This document shows positions 7,661 through 17,956 of a stretch of DNA of 31,120 nucleotides, piece by piece; the first letter of the stretch is position 1, and each line of letters begins with the position of its first letter. The position numbers and the translations under genes are program-made. Source of the DNA: Actinomycetes bacterium (GTDB taxonomy: Bacteria; Actinomycetota; Thermoleophilia; Gaiellales; Gaiellaceae); assembly GCA_031394165.1 (NCBI GenBank), contig JANMWV010000016.1, forward strand, positions 1 to 31,120, given 5' to 3'. The notes beneath the pieces were generated by a model. That model saw only the letters and a program-made list of their open reading frames with translations. It was not told the origin of the DNA and searched no databases.

Positions 7661-9094
7661 GTGAGGCAGGAGCTCGAAACCTACGTGCGCGGCCTAGACC
7701 TCGACGCGTATCTCGTCGGCGGTGCGGTGCGAGACGAGCTGCTCGGGCTCGACTCCTCGAAGGACGCCGACTTCCTCGTGCCCGGGCTCGACACCGAGGG
7801 GTTGAAGCAGAGGCTCGCGCCGCACGGCCGCGTCGAGGACCTCGTCGTCGCAAACCGGCTCGTGGGCGTCCGCCTCCATCCACGCGACAAGACGGTTCGC
7901 AGACTCGCGCCCGCAGGCATCGAGTTTGCCCCGCCGCGCAAGGAGGTGAGCACCGGCCCCGGCCGGCACGACTTCGAGATCGTCGCCGACCCGGCGCTCA
8001 CGGTGGAGGCCGATATGCGCCGCCGCGACTTCACCGTCAACGCGATGGCCCGACGCCTCTCGACGGGCGACCTCGTGGATCCGCTCGACGGCCGGCGCGA
8101 CCTCGAGCTACGGATCCTGCGCACCGTCTCGCCGCAGAGTTTCGCCGAGGATCCACTGCGACTCGTCCGTGCGCTGCGCTTCGTCTCCCAGCTGGGATTC
8201 GAGCCGGATGAGTCGACCGTGCGGCAGATGCGCGAGGAGGCGGCGTCGGTGAAGCTCGTCTCCGGCGAGCGCATCGGCGGGGGCCTGCACGCGGACGGAA
8301 TGGGCGAGTTGTCGAAGCTGCTGCTCGGACGCGAGCCCGCCCGCGCGCTGAGGCTCGCGCGCGACACCGGTGTGCTCGTCGAGCTTCTGCCGGAGTTCGA
8401 GCGGGCAATCGGCTTCGAGCAGGAGAGCCGATATCACGACCTCACGGTCGACGAGCACACGTTCGCGGTCGTCCAGTTGGCGGCCGACGCCGACATGTCG
8501 CTCTCCGTGCGGCTCGCCGCGCTGTTCCACGACCTCGGGAAGCCGCAAGTCGCCTGGCGCAGCACGGACGGCCGCCTGCACTACTACGCGAAGCCGGGCT
8601 ATTCGCAGCGCAGCCACGAGCAGGTGGGCGCCGATCTGGCGGCGGGCGCCCTGAGACGCCTGCGCTATCCGAACGCGCTCCGCACCCGGGTGACGCGCAT
8701 CGTGCGACACCACATGTTCCAGATCGGCCACGGCGACGCGCTGCGAGCGCGGCGGTTCCTCGCGAAGCACGGCGACGAGCTCGCCTTCGAGCTCGTCGAC
8801 CACAAGGAGGCGGACTTCCGCGGCAAGCGCAGCGCGAGCGAGGCTCCGGTCGCCGACCTGGAGAAGGTGGACCGCTTCAGGCAGACGCTCGAGCGGGAGC
8901 TGAAGAGCCCGCACCGCCTCGGCGATCTCGCCGTCGACGGCAACGACCTGATCGAGCTCGGCTTCGCTCCGGGCCCAGAGCTGGGGCACGCGCTGCAGGC
9001 GCTGTTGCACGACGTGGTGGAAGACCCCGCGACGAACACGCGCGACAAGCTCCTGCGTCGCGCGCGCGCACTTCTGCGAAGCTCTGGCACGTGA
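7661..9094 (+). CDS. cca: CCA tRNA nucleotidyltransferase (class II) with HD domain
   Basis: YLVGGAVRD, DADF, DMRRRDFTVNAMA, FAEDPLRLVRALRF, YHDLTVDEHT, LFHDLGKP, C-terminal LAVDGNDLIELGFAPGP. Confidence 0.88.
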   Translation: MRQELETYVRGLDLDAYLVGGAVRDELLGLDSSKDADFLVPGLDTEGLKQRLAPHGRVEDLVVANRLVGVRLHPRDKTVRRLAPAGIEFAPPRKEVSTGPGRHDFEIVADPALTVEADMRRRDFTVNAMARRLSTGDLVDPLDGRRDLELRILRTVSPQSFAEDPLRLVRALRFVSQLGFEPDESTVRQMREEAASVKLVSGERIGGGLHADGMGELSKLLLGREPARALRLARDTGVLVELLPEFERAIGFEQESRYHDLTVDEHTFAVVQLAADADMSLSVRLAALFHDLGKPQVAWRSTDGRLHYYAKPGYSQRSHEQVGADLAAGALRRLRYPNALRTRVTRIVRHHMFQIGHGDALRARRFLAKHGDELAFELVDHKEADFRGKRSASEAPVADLEKVDRFRQTLERELKSPHRLGDLAVDGNDLIELGFAPGPELGHALQALLHDVVEDPATNTRDKLLRRARALLRSSGT

Positions 9095-9825
9095 GTGGCG
9101 TCGGCCTCGTCGACTGGGACGCTCCCGGGCCGTACCGCGTCGCGTTCTCGACGCGCCTGGGCGGCGTCAGCGAAGGCGCGTTCGCGTCGCTCAACCTCGG
9201 CATCCTCACGGAGGACGATCCTGCAAGCGTCGTCGAGAACCGCACACGTCTCTGCGACGCCGTCGGCGCCGATCCCGACGGAGCGACGATGGCGTGGCAG
9301 CGGCACGGCTCGACCGTGACCGAGGCGCAGCCGCGCGGCATCGTCACGCCCGGCACCGTCTACGGCCACTGCGACGGACTCTGGAGCGACGAGCCGGGCC
9401 GCGCCATGCTCCTGCTCGCGGCGGACTGCATCCCGATCGCGATCGCACGTGCGACCGACGAGTTCCCGGCGGTCGGGATCCTGCACGCAGGCTGGCGCGG
9501 ACTACTCGCGGGCCTCGTCGGCAACGGCGTCCGCGCACTCGGTGGACGCGACGTCGCGGCGGCAATCGGCCCGAGCATCGGCCCGTGCTGCTACGAGGTG
9601 GGGGAGGAGGTCGCGACGCCGTTCCGCGAGGCGTTCGGCGACGACGTCGTCCGCGACGGCAAGCTCGACCTGTGGACGTCCGCCGAGCGCGCGCTGCGCG
9701 CGGCCGGCTGTGTGCACGTCGATCGGTTCGACATCTGCACCTCGTGCAACGCCGACCGGTACTTCTCGCATCGGCGCGACCACGGCAAGACGGGCCGGCA
9801 GGGTGTCATCGCCTACGTCGCCTGA
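9091..9825 (+). CDS. pgeF: PgeF/YfiH/YlmD peptidoglycan-editing / purine nucleoside phosphorylase-like protein
   Basis: FSTRLGGVS, SLNLG, QRHG, ADCIPI, HAGWRG, IGPSIGPCCYEV, CTSC, FSHRR, GRQ. GTGA overlap with cca. Confidence 0.92.
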   Translation: MSGVGLVDWDAPGPYRVAFSTRLGGVSEGAFASLNLGILTEDDPASVVENRTRLCDAVGADPDGATMAWQRHGSTVTEAQPRGIVTPGTVYGHCDGLWSDEPGRAMLLLAADCIPIAIARATDEFPAVGILHAGWRGLLAGLVGNGVRALGGRDVAAAIGPSIGPCCYEVGEEVATPFREAFGDDVVRDGKLDLWTSAERALRAAGCVHVDRFDICTSCNADRYFSHRRDHGKTGRQGVIAYVA

Positions 9826-10420
9826 CGGGATCGCCGAGCGCTACGCGGCGCTGCAGGCCGAGGTCGGCCCGTCGGTCACCGTCGTGGTCGCGACGAAGTA
9901 CCTCTCCGTCGACGAGTTGCAGTTGCTCGTCGACGCGGGCGTCACCGTCGTCGGCGAGAACCGCGCGCAGGATCTCGAGGCGAAGCACGCGCGCTACGGC
10001 GCTGCGTTCCGTTGGCACTTCATCGGCCATCTCCAGAGCCGCAAGGCGAAGATCGTCAACGCGACCTGCGAGCTGTGCCACTCGCTCGATTCTGCGTCGG
10101 CCGCGGGCAAGCTCACCATTCCGGCCCTCGTCGAGGTCAACCTCTCCGGCGAGGCGAACAAGTCCGGCGTCGCGCCGGACGAGCTCGGTGCGTTCCTCGA
10201 GCTCTATCCCGACGTGCGCGGCCTGATGACGATGCCGCCGCCGGCGGCCGATCCGGAGGCGTCGCGGCCGTACTTCCGGCGCCTGCGCGACCTGGCCGGC
10301 CGGCACGGCCTCCGGGAGCTCTCGATGGGCACGAGCCAGGACTACCGAGTCGCCGTCGAGGAGGGCGCGACCTACATCCGGGTCGGCTCGTCGATATTCG
10401 GCAACCGGCGACCGCAGTAA
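9803..10420 (+). CDS. yggS: PLP homeostasis protein YggS/YlmE
   Basis: VATKY, VGENRAQD, WHFIGHLQSRK, HSLD, VEVN, KSG, GLMTMP, LSMGTSQDY, GATYIRVGSSIFG. Start uncertain (GTG 9803). Confidence 0.9.
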   Translation: MSSPTSPDGIAERYAALQAEVGPSVTVVVATKYLSVDELQLLVDAGVTVVGENRAQDLEAKHARYGAAFRWHFIGHLQSRKAKIVNATCELCHSLDSASAAGKLTIPALVEVNLSGEANKSGVAPDELGAFLELYPDVRGLMTMPPPAADPEASRPYFRRLRDLAGRHGLRELSMGTSQDYRVAVEEGATYIRVGSSIFGNRRPQ

Positions 10421-10431
10421 GATTCCGCGCC

Positions 10432-11013
10432 ATGGGCTTCGCCGATGTCTGGAACAAGACCCTCGTCTACTTCGGGATCGCCGAGGAAGAGGATTGGGAC
10501 GAGGAGGGCTACCTCACCGACGAGGAGCTGCAGCGCGTCTATGCGGACCGGCCGAACGTTCGCCGGCTCGCGCCCCGGCGCCGCGGCCGCGAGGAATTCG
10601 ACGATTGGACCGACCCCGAGTCGTCGGCGCCCTCGGGTCGCACGAGCGTCCTGCGGCCCGCTCCCGAGCCGCGCCGCCTGCGCGGTGTCGAGAGCGTCCC
10701 GCGGGGTGGGAGTGGCGGCGGGGGCGGCGGCTCCGCCCGCGTGCACCTCGTGCTGCCGCGCAGCTTCAACGACGCGCAGCAGATCGCCGACCGCTTCAAG
10801 GAGGGCGTGCCGGTGATCCTCAACCTCCAGGGCTGCGACCAGGACCTCGCCAAGCGACTGATCGATTTCGGGAGCGGTCTCACGTACGCGCTCGACGGCG
10901 GCATGCAGCGCGTCGCCGACAAGGTGTTCCTCCTCACGCCGCGCAACGTCGAGGTCTCCGCAGAGGAACGAGCGCGTTTGCTCGAGCGCGGAGGGTTCTT
11001 CAACCAGGCCTAG
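10432..11013 (+). CDS. sepF: Cell division protein SepF
   Basis: N-terminal amphipathic MGFADVWNKTLVYFG. C-terminal domain PRSFNDAQQIADRFKEG-PVILNL...RLIDFGSGLTYALDGGMQRVADKVFLLTPRNVEV. TAAGAT -10 candidate 8 nt upstream. Confidence 0.93.
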   Translation: MGFADVWNKTLVYFGIAEEEDWDEEGYLTDEELQRVYADRPNVRRLAPRRRGREEFDDWTDPESSAPSGRTSVLRPAPEPRRLRGVESVPRGGSGGGGGGSARVHLVLPRSFNDAQQIADRFKEGVPVILNLQGCDQDLAKRLIDFGSGLTYALDGGMQRVADKVFLLTPRNVEVSAEERARLLERGGFFNQA

Positions 11014-11054
11014 GAGTTTCGCCCTCGGCCGCGAACGCCTCTGGGATGGGCGTA

Positions 11055-11357
11055 ATGGCCACACTCACGTTGCTCGCTGACGCGGTCGACCAGGCGAAGA
11101 CGTTCGTAAGCGTCTTCATCACGGTCTACACCCTCGTCATCTTCGCGTACATCATCACGAGCTGGCTGCGGCTGCCGTACTCGCCCTGGCTGAACAGGAT
11201 CCAGCGCTTCCTGTACGACGTGTCAGAGCCCTATCTGCGGATCTTCCGGCGGCTGCTCCCAGCTTTGGGCCCGCTCGATCTCTCACCGATCGTCGGGATC
11301 GTCGTGCTGATCGTCATCCGAGAAGCGCTGTTGCGGATCCTGGATCTGTTCCACTAA
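11055..11357 (+). CDS. yggT: YggT/YlmG family membrane protein
   Basis: IITSWL...LYDVSEPYLRIFRRLLP...LDLSPIV. Position between sepF and divIVA. Alternative start at 11046. Confidence 0.9.
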   Translation: MATLTLLADAVDQAKTFVSVFITVYTLVIFAYIITSWLRLPYSPWLNRIQRFLYDVSEPYLRIFRRLLPALGPLDLSPIVGIVVLIVIREALLRILDLFH

Positions 11358-11370
11358 GAGGGGAGACGAG

Positions 11371-11823
11371 ATGGCACTCACACCGGTCGAGATCAGACAC
11401 ATGACTCCGGGCACGGGGCTCTTCGGCTACCAGCGCGCGGCCATGGACAGGCTGCTCGACGAGATCGCCGCGAGCTTCGAGGATGTCTGGCGCGAGCGCG
11501 CCGACCTGGCGGACAAGATCGAGCAGCTCGAGACGGACCTCGTGCGGTACCGCGAGCTCGAAGGCCTGCTGCGCACGACGCTCGTCTCCGCAGAGCGCGC
11601 GTCGGCGGAGTTGAAGGAGCAGGCGCGCCGCGAGGCAGACCTCATCCTGGGCGAGGCGCACGCCGAGGCGCGGTCGGTGCATCGGAACGCGCGCGCCGAG
11701 AACGAGCGGCTCGTCGCCGAGTCGCGGAAGCTGCGTGCGCAGCTCCGCGCCGCCCTCGAAGCGGTCGAAGAGGTCGAGGACACCTGGCCCGCGGTCAAGG
11801 CGTCGGAAGCCGAAGCCGCCTAA
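11371..11823 (+). CDS. divIVA: DivIVA-domain coiled-coil protein
   Basis: MALTPVEI...FGY...DRLLDEIA followed by heptad coiled coil. SD GAGGGAG upstream. Canonical position after yggT. Confidence 0.82.
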   Translation: MALTPVEIRHMTPGTGLFGYQRAAMDRLLDEIAASFEDVWRERADLADKIEQLETDLVRYRELEGLLRTTLVSAERASAELKEQARREADLILGEAHAEARSVHRNARAENERLVAESRKLRAQLRAALEAVEEVEDTWPAVKASEAEAA

Positions 11824-11846
11824 GACCCGCGAGTACACTGGGACGC

Positions 11847-12158
11847 ATGACGGCGGCGTCCACACGACTGCGACTGCGCGTCAGCCCCGGCGCGGGTCGA
11901 GCGCAGATCGTCGGCCGGCATGGAGACGCGTGGAAGATCCGCGTCACCGCCGCTCCCGAGAACGGCCGCGCGAACGAAGCCGTGCTGCGCCTGCTCGCCG
12001 ACGTCCTCGCGCTGCCACGCGACGCGCTCGCACTCGTCTCGGGCCACGGAGCCCGGGACAAGATCGTGGAGTTGACCGGGCTGGGGCCGGCGCTCGCCGA
12101 GCGCCGCCTTGCCTCCGCCGCCGCGCCAAGCCGAGGCAGAAAGGACAGGCGCTCATGA
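11847..12158 (+). CDS. DUF167/YggU family protein
   Basis: LRVSPGA, WKIRVTAAPENGRANEAV, LVSGHGARDKIV. TACACT 7 nt upstream of the ATG. Confidence 0.88.
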   Translation: MTAASTRLRLRVSPGAGRAQIVGRHGDAWKIRVTAAPENGRANEAVLRLLADVLALPRDALALVSGHGARDKIVELTGLGPALAERRLASAAAPSRGRKDRRS

Positions 12159-12517
12159 GCATCGACAACGAGCAGTTCCGCACGACCCTTCTCGAGGAGC
12201 GTGCGCGCGTGGAGCGCGCGATCGCGAATCTCCGCGACGACCATCCCAGCGCGAGCGCCGACGAGGCCGAGGACACCTCGAGCGACAACCATCTCGGCGA
12301 CGCCGCGGCGGTGACGCTCGATCGCGAGATCGACTACACGCTCGAGGAGAACTCGGGCCAGGTGCTCGTCGAGATCGACGCCGCCCTGAAGAGGATCGAC
12401 GCGGGGACGTTCGGGATCTGCACGGCGTGCGGCAAGGAGATCGCGCCGGAGCGGCTCGAGGCGTACCCGTGGGCGTCGCTCTGCATCGACGACGCGCGGC
12501 TGGCCGAGCACCGGTGA
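12155..12517 (+). CDS. DksA/TraR-family C4-type zinc-finger protein (YteA-like)
   Basis: Coiled coil with tip DNHLGDAA, then IDAALKRIDAGTFGICTACGKEIAPERLEAYPWASLCIDD. ATGA overlap with the DUF167 gene. Confidence 0.88.
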   Translation: MSIDNEQFRTTLLEERARVERAIANLRDDHPSASADEAEDTSSDNHLGDAAAVTLDREIDYTLEENSGQVLVEIDAALKRIDAGTFGICTACGKEIAPERLEAYPWASLCIDDARLAEHR

Positions 12518-13143
12518 CCGATGGCCCGCTGACGGATCGGGCGCCCGCACGGCCCGCTCGCTCACCCGACGTTCGCCCCCCTGACGTTCGTGTCGGGTCG
12601 ATGCAGAACGGCCTGGCGCCGGTCTCCGTCGCCGAACGCTCCCTCGGAGCCGGCGCGACCCACTGGGTGAGCCTCGCCGCGATCGCGTTCGCGGCAGTCG
12701 CAGCGGACCAGCTGACGAAGTGGACCGTCACGAGCCACCTGAGACTCGACGAGGGCCATCACATCCTCGGAATCTTCTGGATCCACCACGTACAGAACTC
12801 GGGCATCGCGTTCGGGCTCTTCTCGAGTGCAACGGCGGCCGTGATCGCGCTGACCGCGATCGCCGTCGGCTGGATGCTGCTCTTCTTCGCCCGGTCGGGC
12901 GCGCGGCATCCGGTGCTGCCCGTCGCGCTCGGGCTCGTGATCGGCGGCAGTGCCAGCAACCTGCTCGACCGAGTGCGGCTCGGCTACGTCACCGACTTCC
13001 TCGACCTTCGCTACTGGCCGGCCTTCAACCTCGCCGACAGCTTCATCGTGATCGGCGTCGGCATCCTCTTGACGACGCTCCTCGCGGGGGAGCGGGAGCC
13101 GCGCCGGGCGCGGCACGCACGTGATGCGGCTGCACGTCCCTGA
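12514..13143 (+). CDS. lspA: Lipoprotein signal peptidase II
   Basis: ADQLTK, QNSGIAFG, SNLLDR, GYVTDFL, PAFNLADSFI. GTGA overlap. About 45-aa N-terminal extension; start could be later (ATG 12601). Confidence 0.92.
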   Translation: MTDGPLTDRAPARPARSPDVRPPDVRVGSMQNGLAPVSVAERSLGAGATHWVSLAAIAFAAVAADQLTKWTVTSHLRLDEGHHILGIFWIHHVQNSGIAFGLFSSATAAVIALTAIAVGWMLLFFARSGARHPVLPVALGLVIGGSASNLLDRVRLGYVTDFLDLRYWPAFNLADSFIVIGVGILLTTLLAGEREPRRARHARDAAARP

Positions 13144-14017
13144 GGGCGCGGCAGGCCGCAGGCTCGACAGCTTTCTCGCTGAGCTGCCCGAAATCGGCTC
13201 CCGCGCGGTCGCTGAACGCCTGCTCGGTGGGGGCGGCGTGCTCGTCGACGGCCGCACGCGGCTGAAGAGCCACAAGCTCGCAGGTGGGGAGGAGCTCGAG
13301 TTCGAGCCGCCGCCCGCGCCGAAGAGCACGCTCGAGCCGGAGGCGATGGACCTCTCGGTGCCGTACGAGGACGAGCACCTCCTCGTCGTCGACAAGCCGT
13401 CGGGCCTCGTCGTGCACCCGGCGCCGGGACATGCGGCCGGAACGCTCGTGCACGGGCTGCTCGCCTACGACGTCGAAGGTGGCGACGAGCCCGACCGTCC
13501 CGGCATCGTGCACCGGCTCGACCGCGACACGTCGGGCCTGCTCGTCGTCGCCCGCTCGCCCGAGGCGCACCGCCGCCTGCAGGAGCTCGTGCGTGTGCGC
13601 GGGCTCACCCGCGAGTACACGGCGCTCGTCGTCGGCAGGCCGCGCTCGCGTGCGGGCAGGATCGACGCGCCGATCGGACGCGACCGCAGCGACTCGCAAC
13701 GGCACTCGCTCGACACGGACACTCCCCGCGACGCCGTCACGCACTTCGAGGTCGAGGAGCTGCTCGCACGCCACGCCCTGCTGCGTGTCACGCTCGAGAC
13801 GGGCCGAACGCACCAGATCCGCGTCCATCTCCAGTCGATCGACCTGCCGGTCGCCGGCGACCCGACCTACGGGCGCCCCGGCGAGCTCGGCCTGACGCGG
13901 CAGTTCCTGCACGCGGCGCGCCTCGCGTTCGAGCATCCGTTCACGGGCGCGCCGGTCGACGTCTGCTCGCCGCTGCCCGCGGATCTCGAAGCCGCGCTCG
14001 CCGCCGCCCGCGCGTGA
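13121..14017 (+). CDS. rluD: RluA-family pseudouridine synthase with S4 domain (RluD-like)
   Basis: RLDSFL, YEDEHLLVVDKPSGLVVHP, RPGIVHRLDRDTSGLLVVA, LETGRTHQIRVH, GDPTY, RQFLHA. Follows lspA. Confidence 0.9.
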   Translation: MMRLHVPEGAAGRRLDSFLAELPEIGSRAVAERLLGGGGVLVDGRTRLKSHKLAGGEELEFEPPPAPKSTLEPEAMDLSVPYEDEHLLVVDKPSGLVVHPAPGHAAGTLVHGLLAYDVEGGDEPDRPGIVHRLDRDTSGLLVVARSPEAHRRLQELVRVRGLTREYTALVVGRPRSRAGRIDAPIGRDRSDSQRHSLDTDTPRDAVTHFEVEELLARHALLRVTLETGRTHQIRVHLQSIDLPVAGDPTYGRPGELGLTRQFLHAARLAFEHPFTGAPVDVCSPLPADLEAALAAARA

Positions 14018-14766
14018 GGACGTTCGCAGCGTTCCGGCGCCGGTGGGAGCCGCCGCGCGACGGCTCGCCGCACGACGCCGTAGAGGAATTCGTCGAGACG
14101 AAGCTCTCCCGCTACGCGGACGACCGCGACCATCCCGCCCGCGAGGGCACCTCGCGCCTCTCGCCGCTCATCGCCTCCGGGGAGGTCACGATCGCCGATT
14201 GCGCCGCGGCTGCGCTCGGCGCACGGCCCTCGCCGGGCCGGGAGAAGTGGCTCGCCGAGCTCTGCTGGCACGACTGGTTCGAGCACGTGAAGGACTCCGG
14301 CTACGACGCGCCCCGGCTCGAGCCGCGCTGGGACGCGCCGGGCGAGCGTTACGAGCGCTGGGCCGCCGGCCTCACCGGCTTCGCGTTCGTCGACGCCGGC
14401 ATGCGGGAGCTCGCGGCGACCGGCTGGATGCACAACCGCGCGCGGATGGTTGCCGCGAGCTTCCTCGTCAAGCATCTTCACCTCGACTGGCGGCTCGGCG
14501 AGGCGTGGTTCGCCGAGCACCTGCTCGACTACGCTCCCGCCCAGAACGAGGGGAACTGGCAGTGGGTGGCCGGCACCGGCATCGACGCGCAGCCCTGGTT
14601 CCGGATCCTGAACCCCGAGCTCCAGCGCGCCCGGTTCGACCCGGACGGCGCCTATTGCAGCCGTTTCGTTCCCGAGTGGGGGACGGCGGCCTACCCGGCG
14701 CCGATCGTCGACCTCGGGTCCGAGGCGGCGGTCGCGAAGGAGCGGTTCCGGGCCGCCTCCGGCTAG
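14014..14766 (+). CDS. DNA photolyase FAD-binding domain protein lacking the N-terminal antenna domain
   Basis: GTSRLSP, ELCW, TGFAFVDAGMRELAATGWMHNRARMVAASFLVK, DWRLG, LLDY...NEGNWQWVAGTGID, RILNP, FDPDG. Only 250 aa; GTGA overlap with rluD. Confidence 0.88.
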   Translation: MRTFAAFRRRWEPPRDGSPHDAVEEFVETKLSRYADDRDHPAREGTSRLSPLIASGEVTIADCAAAALGARPSPGREKWLAELCWHDWFEHVKDSGYDAPRLEPRWDAPGERYERWAAGLTGFAFVDAGMRELAATGWMHNRARMVAASFLVKHLHLDWRLGEAWFAEHLLDYAPAQNEGNWQWVAGTGIDAQPWFRILNPELQRARFDPDGAYCSRFVPEWGTAAYPAPIVDLGSEAAVAKERFRAASG

Positions 14767-14890
14767 ACTGGCGCTTCCCAGTCACTTCTCCCCGGCGGAT
14801 CAGCGCCGTGGCGCGGGTGCCGGCCTCTGAGGCCGGTGCGCCCCGGGCCCCGCCGGCAGCAGCACCCAAACCAACCTGGAAGGAGCACCA
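14764..14890 (+). promoter_or_regulatory. rpsB promoter (-10 TAGACT) and structured 5' leader, likely S2-responsive
   Basis: TAGACT at 14764-14769. Pairings CCGGCGG 14792-14798 / CCGCCGG 14850-14856 and GGGTGC 14815-14820 / GCACCC 14862-14867 are crossed (pseudoknot). Hairpin CCGGCCT-CTG-AGGCCGG at 14820-14836. SD GGAAGGAG. Confidence 0.55.
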
Positions 14891-17381
<2,491 letters not shown>

Positions 17382-17392
17382 GAGGGCGAGAC

Positions 17393-17956
17393 ATGAAAAC
17401 CGTCGAGGAGCTGATCACGGACGCGCAGACGCGGATGCAGAAGTCCGTCGAGCACGCACGCAACGAGTTCAACACCGTGCGCACGGGGCGCGCATCGGCC
17501 GGCCTCCTCGACCGCATCGACGTCGACTACTACGGCACGAAGACACCGCTGAAGCAGCTGGCGACGATCGGCGTTCCGGAAGCGCGGATGCTGACGATTC
17601 AGCCGTTCGACCCCAGTTCGATTCGCAACATCGAGAAGTCGATCATGGAGTCCGACCTTGGATTGACGCCGTCGAACGACGGCAAGATGATCCGGCTGCC
17701 GATTCCGCAGCTGACCGAGGAGCGCCGCAAGGAGCTCGTGAAGGTCGTGCGCGGGCTCGCCGAGAATCACCGCATCGCGGTGCGCGAGATCCGGCGAGAC
17801 GCGATGAAGGGACTGAAAGACCTCGTCGACGGGGGGAGCGTCGGTGCGGACGAGGAGCATCGCGCCGAAGAGCAGGTGCAGAAGCTGACCGCGGACCACA
17901 CGAAGCAGATCGACGAGCTGCTGAAGCACAAGGAAGCGGAGGTCATGGAGGTCTAG
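17393..17956 (+). CDS. frr: Ribosome recycling factor
   Basis: VRTGRAS, VDYYG, LTIQPFD, LGLTPSNDG, IPQLTEERRKELVK. Confidence 0.97.
   Translation: MKTVEELITDAQTRMQKSVEHARNEFNTVRTGRASAGLLDRIDVDYYGTKTPLKQLATIGVPEARMLTIQPFDPSSIRNIEKSIMESDLGLTPSNDGKMIRLPIPQLTEERRKELVKVVRGLAENHRIAVREIRRDAMKGLKDLVDGGSVGADEEHRAEEQVQKLTADHTKQIDELLKHKEAEVMEV

Noticed and set aside
12566-12590. 15-nt-period mini-repeat (CCGACGTTCG/CTGACGTTCG; PDVRPPDVRV) in the lspA N-terminal extension
   Set aside because: Two short imperfect copies in a low-complexity, probably disordered extension; not enough to call an element.
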